Assembly: GCA_012295275.1 (NCBI GenBank) | Contig: CM022673.1 | Location: 16,988,001 to 17,052,000 of the forward strand | DNA from: Chrysomallon squamiferum | Taxonomy: Eukaryota > Animalia > Mollusca | Direction of reading: 5' to 3' | DNA length: 64,000 bases | Shown: one piece after another, positions 42,801-54,389 of the stretch | Numbering within the stretch: position 1 is the stretch's first letter | How the letters are laid out: every line of letters starts with the position of its first letter | Position numbers and translations under genes: made by a program | The notes under the pieces: model-generated | Told to the model about the DNA's origin: nothing | Seen by the model: the letters and a program-made list of their open reading frames with translations, nothing else | Database searches by the model: none

Positions 42801-45800
42801 CAGTGTTGATGTAATCAGCTCATTTACTGGCTCTGCTGTTGTATACAAAATGAGTCTATTGTCTGTGTTTGTAAAGGTGTGAATAACAAGTATGGCTGAC
42901 AATTTGGTTCTGTGTTATGCATGAGCAAACACAATAATTTCAAAACCTGGTATATGTTTTAAGTACTGTTAACATTGAGGTAACCTGACAAGAAATAAAA
43001 TATATTAGTAAAATAATAATATCAACAGTAATTGTAAACAGAATGACAATAACATTCATAAATATTGAAATAAAAAAGTATAAAATATATATATAATACA
43101 TAATACTCTCAGACATATGCAGACAAATATATAGAAATAAATATACAAGTATGTGAACACATGCACCTACTTCCACCTAGAGGTATATAAACACAGGTAC
43201 ACATGCATGCAGATAATACTTTAACCATACATATGAAGAAAAACAGGTTAATTTGGTAAAGGACACACACATTAAATAAGAAAAGACTAATTTAAAGGTA
43301 GAATATTATCTTAGTATTTCAAAAAATAGTAGAACAATACAAATGTTAATAAAAATTTATCTGTACTGTTCAAAGTACTTACCTTCTTGTTTTACGCACC
43401 AAAGACCCGTATGTTCAGAAGTTGACTAAATACACGTATCATATTCCACATTAAATAGTTCCATTAGCTTTTCATATTTCCCATGCTACCGGTAATACAT
43501 AAGTTTTGTACATTAGCACTGACAGTTTCAAATCTAGCTCTGTAATTGTTTACTTTTCAAACTTAGGCTTGTTGACTGTTAAGTTGTGACCAAGACAACA
43601 ACAAAGATACCAGCTCCACTAAAGCTTGCAAGTCTGAGAGCTTTGTATTGGCTAAGAGGACTTAAGTCTTGCCTTTGTAACAAAATGTTAACTGGGATTT
43701 GCTTCGTGAAAGAAGCTATGGTAGATGTTAATCCTCTGGGGTTAAACAGATGAATAGTATACCAAGTCATGATTGGGAAGTGTTTATCAGAGAACTTAAT
43801 AATTGTTAATGGATTGAAGTTCATTTATGAATAGTTTTGTTAATATTTAAATCTTGTTTTGATTTTGTATTAAAGTTATATATTTAAAAAGAAAAAAATT
43901 AATTTTAATTTTTAATGTTGATTAATAATCTGGACAGAAGAATACTTAGAATTATTTTACAAATTAATAATAATATTTAAAGAAATATCATTAAGAAACA
44001 TGCTTTATTAATTAAGTTGTTTTGTTGTTTTTTGTGAGGTTTTTTTAATATATTTATTTTATATGTGTATGTGCATTCAAAGTATACAACAAGCAGTTAA
44101 TTTATTATAAATTGTCTGATTTGTTGTTAATAAAAACAAACTAATATCTCTGCAGTAAACAAAAGACCAGTCACTGTTAGATTTAGTTACATTGTTGACA
44201 ATAAGTAAGTATATTTTCAGTTATATTTTGTTCAGAATTTTCAAAACATTTCAGATTAATATGTTCAGCCACATGAATTTAACATTCACAGGTCTTGAAT
44301 GTTTTCTTTCTGAAAAAGAATGGTGCAGATCATAAATCTTTTGCCAAGAATGCGGTGGGATTATGTTTAGTGTGGACTTGAATATGCATGGAGTAATTTA
44401 GCACTGTTAAAAAAAAAATTAAAAAATTGTTTGAATCATAAATCAGTCTGCAGTGTATTGCAAAATTAGGTTCAGTATGTAAGGAGTTAATTTTGTATTT
44501 TTATAAAGTTGTGTGTAAACTGGACTACACCATATAACTGAATTATGATGCAATTCAGTCTAATATTCTTGGATCCCTAGATGTTTCTATAAACAAAAAT
44601 GTGAAAGTGTGCACAGTATATTGTAATTTAGTCTATGTATATGCAGAGTATTTTGTTCAGAGAGGTTACGTGGTGAATAGTTATTACATTTGATTTCACC
44701 TCTATTGATAAATAATATGACCTATCTAAAAATAGTTTTAATTTGTATGTTCCTTTGGTTTAATGTCTCTTTTTTTCTTTCACATTAGCAGATAACAGTA
44801 TAGTTATTCTTTAATTCAGTTTCCTTGGTTTTATCCAAGTAATGTAAATGTGCATGGACAAAAACACAGACACAGATAGTCAGACAGACAATCAGACATA
44901 CCCACACATGCATGCACATAATGCATAAACTTGCATATACATACACACACATTCAAACACACATAGACACACAAAGACATGCCGTTATTGTAACACTAAC
45001 ACATACACCAGTTATATCAAAGGTGTTTAGTATTATCTGGAGTGGTAGTTTGGGTTATCCCAGTATCTAAGGTAAACAGAATGTGTGTCTACATGCAGAC
45101 AGATTATAGCTACACACAGAATGGTTTCAGGCTTGAGTAGATTACTATAATCTTATAACATGTTAGACGAGTACTGACTTGTATTTACACGATCTCTCAT
45201 AATAACTGTATTTTACTACCTGTATTAAATAGTCACACTTAGCTTGTAAAATTACCCCTCAGTGCTGGATTATTGAACAATGTGGTATGTGATGCCCTGT
45301 TTTGTTTTGTGGTCCTTTGTGGCTGATTAATCTTTAAATCATCAATTTACCATTAAAATGTTCTGCACTGACAAATGTTTTTGCAGTAATGTTCTGATGT
45401 AATAACATTTTTATAACACTAGTCACATATACAAAAAAATAAAAAATAAAGAAAATAAAAAGAATAAATAAATGTAAAAATATAAATAAATAACACAAAA
45501 AATGAATAAATAAATTTAGAAAAAGTTAAGAGTGTAAAGATCTCGGGGACCAAGTACACATATGTTAATAATATCTCTGTAGGTCTTTGTCAGCTAATCT
45601 TGTTTTCGTTGTTGTCAGAGGCAATATAGTGAGTAGTGGATTAATATAATACACTTCCAATATGACCACATTAGTGTGTGTTGTGAAAAAAAAATTATTT
45701 ATTGATTATGATTTAATAAGTTTTTTTATTCACACTTGATAGGTTGGCCAGGGTCTTATGTCTATTGATCTTTCTCAGTCAGTTTATAAAGAATCAAAGT

Positions 45801-46597
45801 TTAATCCTGGGTGTATATATTGATTTGTTGTATGTCTCTCCATGTCATTGTAGTCCCATGGGTGTTTGATTTGAACAAGACCCCACCCCACCCATAATAA
45901 ATAATAAATAATAAAAATAAATATATTAACTAAAATTTCCTTTTTTATATTTTTATGTTTTAGTATGATTTATTTATTTATTTATTTATTTAGGATCACC
46001 ATATTCTTGCATTCCATGCTAATCCATTGAGTTTACACTGTGATGCAATAAATTATTTAAGGAACTTCTTGGTTTTATTTTAATACTGAATATTAACTCT
46101 GGAAAGGACTGATATCAAATCATAACCTTTCTTTTAACATTTAACATACCAGAAATGTTGATATAATAATGAAATTTGAAATCCTGAGACTATCATCTTC
46201 TGAATTTGATATTAAAAACCTTCTTCTTTCTAAATTTTATTTTCATTGTCTTGTAGATGTTGTTAATTTACAGAATATTTTCACTCTAGTGATTAAAATA
46301 GTTTCTTTAAAATATTGAAAATAATCACAACCCTCCTGTCCATAAAACTCCCCAAACAAAATGCAGTGAAAAAGACAAGTGTAAATTTTTATTGTGTTAT
46401 ATATTATTATTTTTTTCTTTCAGGTTTTACTTCAAGTTCTGATTCTTGTGACAGGAAACTACAACTTCTTCAATCTCCTCACCATTGTGTTGTGTTTCTC
46501 TCTCCTCGATGACAGCTTCTTTTTCAAATCTACATCGGGTAAAGGTACTTTATTTATTTAATTATTGTTGTTTATTTTATATATGTATATACTAGTG

Positions 46598-46641
<44 letters not shown>

Positions 46642-49600
46642 ATGTATTTTTTATGTTTTAAAATTTAGTTAACTTTCAAGGAAATAAATTTCAAATTAAA
46701 AAAAAAAATAAAAACAGGAAAGAATTATGTTATCATTAATACTTAAAATCAACATTTGCATTCCATTTGCACAAACTTGTGATCATATTTCCATTTTCAT
46801 TCCTTTGATTATTTGATTTGTTTATTACTAACTACATGCTTCTATTTTCTGTGTATATATGTCTAATCAGTTTAGATGAAATTCTAGGGCATTTCATTGT
46901 TATTTTTGTTTTTTCACCAGGTGGAAAAAAGGATTGGTCCATCATCAAATTCCTTGCTGAACTGATTGCCCCAGTGGTCATTCTTGGTTACATTAGTTAT
47001 GGAACAGTGAAATACTTCAAACTTCATCTAAATCCAGATTACACTGTCAAGTCCAGTGTAGGTCAGTACTAGACAGTTAGTGATATAGAAGATGTGAGGT
47101 TTGTTATAGGAAATGTTGATTTTATTAATTATTTTGGTCACACACTTATTTATCAATATAGGTCAACATAGCCATAAGTTTCTGAAGTCAAGATAGATCA
47201 ACAGTAGCTATTGAAGGATACATTGGTCATACAGCTGTGTATTCAGTATATTTCTGTAACAGTCATTGTTGGTTACATTATTCACTTGGCCATTGTTCAA
47301 CATAGGTCAACATTAGTAATTGTTGGATATGTTGGTCATCAATCTCTGAAGTCAAGATAGTAGTTATTGAAGGATGCATTGAGCATACAGCTATGAAGTC
47401 ACTGATAGTCATTGTTAGATACAGTGGTCACACATTGCAACGTCAAGATAGATCATTGATAGTCATTGTTAGATACACTGGTCACACATTATGAAGTCAA
47501 GATAGATGACTGATAGTCATTGTTAGATACACTGGTCACACATTGAAGTCAAGATATGTCACTGATAGTCATTGTTAGATATAGTGGTCACACATTATAG
47601 AAGTCAAGATAGATGACTGATAGTCATTGTTAGATACACTGGTCACACATTGCGACGTCAAGATAGATCACTGATAGTCATTGTTAGATACACTGGTCAC
47701 ACATTGTGAAGATAAAAATGGTCACTGATTGCCATTAGTTGATACTTTGGTCCACAAATTTTGTTTTTTTATTTTGTTTTATTACAGAAATGTTACTTTT
47801 GTATTTCAGGTTTCACAGAATTAGAGTTTACTCGGTGGTTACAGTTTATTGTTCCTGTCACCATTCTGATGGGAATTGTCACTCTGGGCTATGAAATAGT
47901 CATGGCTATTCTCAGGTATTTCCCATTATATGTGATCCTCTAAATCAGGTGTGGGCAAACTTTTTAAAACAGGGGCCATATGGATCTTATAGAAAAAGCA
48001 TGAGGGCCAGAATATAAAATGAGAACAAAAAAGATTTCAAAATGTGTATTTTTATGTAAAAAGTAAATTCACTTTTAACAAATGTTAGAAGAGTTAATGA
48101 GATTGTGTTGCATACCATGAAGCAGCAATTCAGTGTCAGGCTTAATTGATGTGGTGCACAAGCAAAGAACGTCATTTAGGTGGTGGTCAGAGAGTTATGA
48201 ATGAAGGCGATACTTTGTATATTGCATTTTTGAGAATAGTTGTTCACAGCAAAATGTGATTCCGAACATAGCTGCAATGTGCTGAATATGTTTAATAAAT
48301 TGTGGAAATTTACCAGATGGAAGGATGACATCATGTAAGAAGGAAAGGGGAAAAGAAGTGCACAACTTAGCTTTTAATTCAACATTGCATCGCATATCTA
48401 CCAACTCCATCAGCAAGGAAGCTGAAGAATCATCCACTGGGATTTCAAAAGGTGCACTGAACAATTTGAAATATGCAGATAGTGGTCGAATACCTTCATT
48501 ACAACTGACATGACATCAATGAGATTTGCAGACTTGCCACATACGGATTCTTGCTGGATGATGCAGTGCAGTTTATGGATGGTCTGATTGTGTCCAAGAG
48601 CCTCACAAAGCGCAAAGAAGCTGCACCTTTATTCTCTCCTGTCACCATCACTTGTTACACTTGCATGACGGGAGAGATCAAGGTAGTGATGTTCCACACA
48701 CTGAAATAAGGCATTGAACATCTCTTTTCCACTGTGGTGCCATGTAATGGAACAATCTCAACGAACTCTTCAGGTACCTTGAGGGCAGAAATAACACCAC
48801 ATATGAAAACAGCCATTTGGGCTGTTTCTTTCATACCAGTGCTATAGTCAAGAGCAAGAGTGAAGGTGACAAAGGTCGAGCACTTACTCTTTAATAAGTC
48901 TTGCTTACTGTCTGACATCTCCTCAACGCAACACTCATATTCTCCATGACCAAACTTTCTGGGCAGATATAATTCATTAGAGTCATGAGACATTCCTTGA
49001 TAAAATGTCCATCAGAAAATAGCTTCATCCGTTGAGCAAGGAGTAGTGAAACTTCGTAACTGGTGCGTGTCACTTTTTCATCTGAGATATCTGTTTACAG
49101 AACATCAAAGTGCCCTTTTCAAGATGGACTGACAGTTTTGCGATGGCATCCTTTGTCTCAGAAGCAGACATTGAAACATGACTGACTGCTGGAAACTGAC
49201 AGAGAGTAAAAAGCAAAAATGCAAAAACCAGTTTGGTTCATGACAGCAAGAAGTTAGCATGGTTCAATTTGCCTGCTTGTGTAACTGAGACAGGATTGAA
49301 ATAATGATCATTATAGTTTGCATATTTTGAGCAGTCATTCAAAATTCAGATGCAGGCATTACTGATTTGATGAGCACCTTCAAGAAGCCTTAAATTTAAA
49401 ACTTGTGTGCGACTTGAGTAAAAAAAATTGCTCTGTCAACTGACTTTATTTCATTGACTTTTATTTTGCTGTCTCGCAGGCTGGATGGCAATGCTAATTG
49501 TGAACAGTTTGGCGGGCCAGACAGTAAACCTTTGCAGGCCAGAGTTTGCCTGCCCCTGCTCTAAATCTACTGTTGTAGTAAATACACTGCATGAATTTGG

Positions 49601-50108
49601 TAACTGAATAAGACATAAAACTTTATTTGTAAATTAGTGAGTAATAATTGCCTGATAAGAAAGTCCTGTTTAAGTAAATTCCTGAGATCTACTGATTTTC
49701 ATTTTCTAAAACTGCTACAAAGTGGATAGTTTAAAATGTAGATTATTGTTTAATGCTGATAGCTTACTGTTTAGATTACTGATAAGTTTAAGATGTAGAT
49801 TATTAGTAAGTGTTGTATTTTCAGGTCGTGCCTGGAAGAACAGAGCACAGTGAAGAAGGGTCTGGCTGTGTTTCAGTGTGTTCTCTTTGGTTCTCTTGCA
49901 GCTGGCATGTTTGCTATTAGCCTGGTGAGTAGCCACTTTACATGCACACAGACACATACAATTATAATCACACACAACCATTTGTATATACAGATACCTG
50001 TTGCATATACCTACACCATAACACAGACACATATAGATACTGATTTATCCTTTATATTACAGACAGACAGATATTTATACAAATGTAGATACATGTATGC
50101 ACGTGCAT

Positions 50109-50173
<65 letters not shown>

Positions 50174-53100
50174 TACATGCACTCATAGGCACACACAGAT
50201 ATATGAATACTGATGTACACTTTACATTTATAGACATACAGATATTCATGCAAACATATAAAGATGAACATGCACAGTCATATCACATCACAGTTTATTG
50301 GAACTTTTGTATATTTATGACAAAGAAAACAAAGTAACAAAAAGAAAACCCTATTACCCTTCCTTACCTAAAAGAAACTGAAAAAATACCTCCCTACAAA
50401 ATCCCCAAAATCAGCATGTACATATAAAAAAATGTTTTTGTTTTTGGCACACATTGTTTGTCCATCCCAGATAGTCTGAATCTTGTGTTTTTCACATCTT
50501 TATCATCAGTGCAATAACACCATTGTACATAAACCCTACCAGTCTTCTGTACTTTGGGTATTAGATATATGTAAAACTGATACATAGAAACCTTCACTGG
50601 TAAATTTGCTATGCTCTGATTTTAGGGTAGTTGTAGGTCCCTATTCATAAAACCTACCAGATGCTGTTGTACACTGTTAAACAAAACATGACTGATTTGA
50701 TTTGTTAAGTTATCCTAGTTAGTTATTCGGCCCAAATATATCTGTTGACCAATATTGTTTATTTTGTAAATAATATGTTGTTAAACACAGCCGGTCCAGA
50801 TACATCTATCAACAGTTATTCATTACCCACTTATTATCTACACTATAAACTCCTATAAACTGTAATACTGACACCTAAAGGTATTTGTTTGAGGTGTCTT
50901 TAAAGTATTCTAACAAATTATTAATTGACCCTGCTCAAATACTATATACATTATAAGTAATATTGACACCTGAATGTATTTTTTTGAGGTGTCATTAAAC
51001 AAGGTGTTCATTCATTTGTAGGTACCCTACACAGTAATTAATAAACACTACCAGAAACGGCTGTCTCCCACTATTCGTCAGTTCCATGTCAAGACCCGGC
51101 CTTTTCATCTCACAAGTGCTTATGGTCTCTTTAGAAGGTACCTCAAGTGCCAGACCAGTGCAGTAAGGCTAGGAAATGGTCCTTTCTTTCTTCTTTTAAA
51201 AAAAAAAAAAAATAAAAATATAAAATAAAAAAAAAAAAAATAAAATCAATATTTCTTTATTTCCAAAAAAAAAAAAATTTAAACTCGACAACTGTTTATA
51301 TATTTAATATGAAATTGTTTGAATTTAGAACAGGGTGAATATTTTTAACACTTCATTTTGATTCATTTATTTTATTCATTAATAAAAATAAATGTGTTGA
51401 AGTCATGTGTATATCATGAAATATGTACGAATGTTTTTTTTCTCTTGCATTAAACTTTTTTAGTAAAACAAAAAAAAATTAAAAATAAATTGTAGAAATA
51501 AATTTAGAATAATGAAACAAAACTAAAAAGATAATAGAGATAATGAAGTAACATGCATAGATACAATAAGACAAATGACCTTGCAAGTAATTAATTTAGC
51601 TAAGTAAAATCAGTGCTAAAAACAGAATTAGCAAAAAAAAAAAAAAAAAAAATAATAATAATAAAAAAAAAAAGAAATAAGAAGGTATTTACATTTTAAA
51701 ATAATGTAATATGCAATTGCACATCAGCAGTAATAAAAAAAGAAACAAAGAACCATTTCCAGTGTCTTTCTGCAGACAGAAAGCATGGCACGTTTAGTAA
51801 ATAATTGTGTTAGACGTTTGTTTATTGAATGTTGTTTATTAATACCTACTGAATCTTTAGTACAAGACACAGGACACACCAGTCCACAGATACCCCTGTA
51901 TCCTTCCTCCTGTAAAACCACACCCACATCCGTAATGGAGCATCAAAGTAAAAATCTGTTTTTGCCATAAGTACTCAGATTTTGTGTTTTCATTGGTAAT
52001 AATCATTGGTTTTAACAGTTTTATTATTATTTTTTTTTTATCCTTGTGAACAAGGTCATGTTGCCTGGATTTTGGTGTTCCGTCTAATACAGTTACGGTG
52101 TTAAGTGTTTTGATTTGTGTATGCTACATGTGTAATTTGCAGGTTCCCCATACAGTCATAGATATGAAAACCCAAGGAACAGTTTGGCCCAGCGTGCGAT
52201 CGTGGCACGAGAAATTTGAACCATTCTTGATCACAAACTCCTATGGCTTGTTTAGATCGTAAGACAATTTGTTTTTGGCATGCTTGGTGTGTGTGTGCAG
52301 ATGTAGATTAGAACACTGCAGAAATAATTAGTAAATGTATTTTCATGTAATAACAGATTGAAGGGCTTTAACAGTAGGAATTTCAGTGCTTTGATAGATT
52401 CAGCCCGGAAATAAAATCATGAAAATAGTTAACACAGATAGTGTGTGGGTATAATTAATAACACTTAGTATTTGGATAAAGTAATGTAAATTAATAATAT
52501 TTTGCATGATGAATAAAATGAATTTACTATGAGTATGTGTGTGTCTGTGTCTATATATAAACCAAGCATTAGTTATAGAAATGATAATTTATAGTTACAA
52601 GTATTTAATGAAAATATTTTTTTAATTTTATTTTATGTATAGCAAAATAACATTACTAAATTCTTTGCATTTTATTAAGAGTATTTTTAAAATGTAACTT
52701 TACTAACAAGATAATAAAAAAAACTACTTTTACAATTATTTGCACCATATTTATCAAATATTTCTAGCTCTCTAATGCTGCTCACACTTTTTTTTTTTTT
52801 TTAATTTAATTTAATTTAATTTAATTTAATTTAATTTTTATTTTATTTATTTTTATTTATTTAATTATTTTATTTATTTATTTATTTTATTATTATTTTA
52901 TATTTTATTTTTTTGTGACTACAAATTAAAATTTCTAATCCAATTTTGTGTCAGGCTGTGGTGGATTATCTCCCTTACTTATCTGTGGTTGGTGTCTATA
53001 GTAATACATGCACAAAATGTTTTTAAGCCTCTGTTTATAGTTTTAATGTTTTGTTCTTTAACTTTTCTTTTTTTTATTACTAACATTTTGTATTTTGTTT

Positions 53101-54314
53101 GTTTGTTTATTCATTTTGAATAATCTTACTGACAGTAACTTGAAAGATGTAAAATAAAGGTAATGAAAAGAAATAATAATAATAATTCCAGGCCTTCTGA
53201 TTATTGTCTTTATTTATTTTTTTTATTATTTAACAAAAGTATAATAAATAAATAAATAAATAAATAAATAAAAGTAATAAAAAAATAAAGTAAATTTTTA
53301 CAACTTGAGTTTTAAATAATTGTTTGCCTTGACAAATATTAACTTGTTCAATATAAATTATGTTTTTGCTTATACTGTGTTTAATAATAGCTGATTGTTT
53401 GTGTGGTCTGTACTCATGGATCTATTTAAATAAAAATAATTTTAAATATTTAATTAGCATTACATTAAAAACATTTAATTGTTTTATTATTATTATTTCT
53501 AACTGACCTTTCTTTGAAATAATTTTTATTTCTATGTTTATAATTACAAAATCTTTATACTCTTTTAATACACTCAGTTTCTCTGTCTGTCCATTTCTTT
53601 ATATGCGTAGCCACCATACAAATGTACCATTATTATTGTAATAATTATTGATTTTATTATCTGTACATGATTATTTTGTAAAGTTATTATTATAAAATAA
53701 TTAACTTTTTTATATATCAATTGTTAATTATTATATAGCCTATAGCTTTACATAAGTGTACTGCTCATGTTGTAATAAGCATGAACTATCTGAATTGTTT
53801 TAATTATAGAATGACTGGTGTCGGAGGTCGTCCTGAGGTCATCATTGAAGGCAGCTACCACAGTGACAATGGGTTGGAAGGAGTATGAATTTATCTACAA
53901 ACCAGGAAATGTGTCCAGACGGCTACCAATTCTTAGTGAGTTTCTGTCACCATACAGGATTTCTAGAAATTAAAATGACATGAGTTTAATAATGAAAAAA
54001 AAGAAGGGCGAAATCTTCAGTGTACCAATATATAAATATTTTTGAATTGAAGTGAATGATAAATGTTAATACCAACAGCCTTTTAGTCTGATAATTTAAA
54101 TATTATTTGTTTTGTTTTGCTGATTAATATGTTTGTATGATGTTTGTTTCATTAGTAATTTTTGTTTTATCTAATTGATATTTTATTTAAATTTATAATT
54201 TATTTGTTTCATTCTACTTAATTTTTTATTTTCTCATAAATTTATTTATGTATTTCTTTTCTTTTCTTTTCTGTTATTTTTGGTTTATTTCATTCTGCTT
54301 TATTTTATTTTATT

Positions 54315-54389
<75 letters not shown>

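Noticed and set aside
51770-51970. Third copy of LMF2 exon 12 after the acceptor-like tttctgcag
   Set aside because: No VP..YGLFR similarity in the frames read and no 116-nt phase-compatible donor.
53866-53890. Programmed ribosomal frameshift
   Set aside because: No slippery heptamer or evident stimulatory structure; indel error is far simpler.
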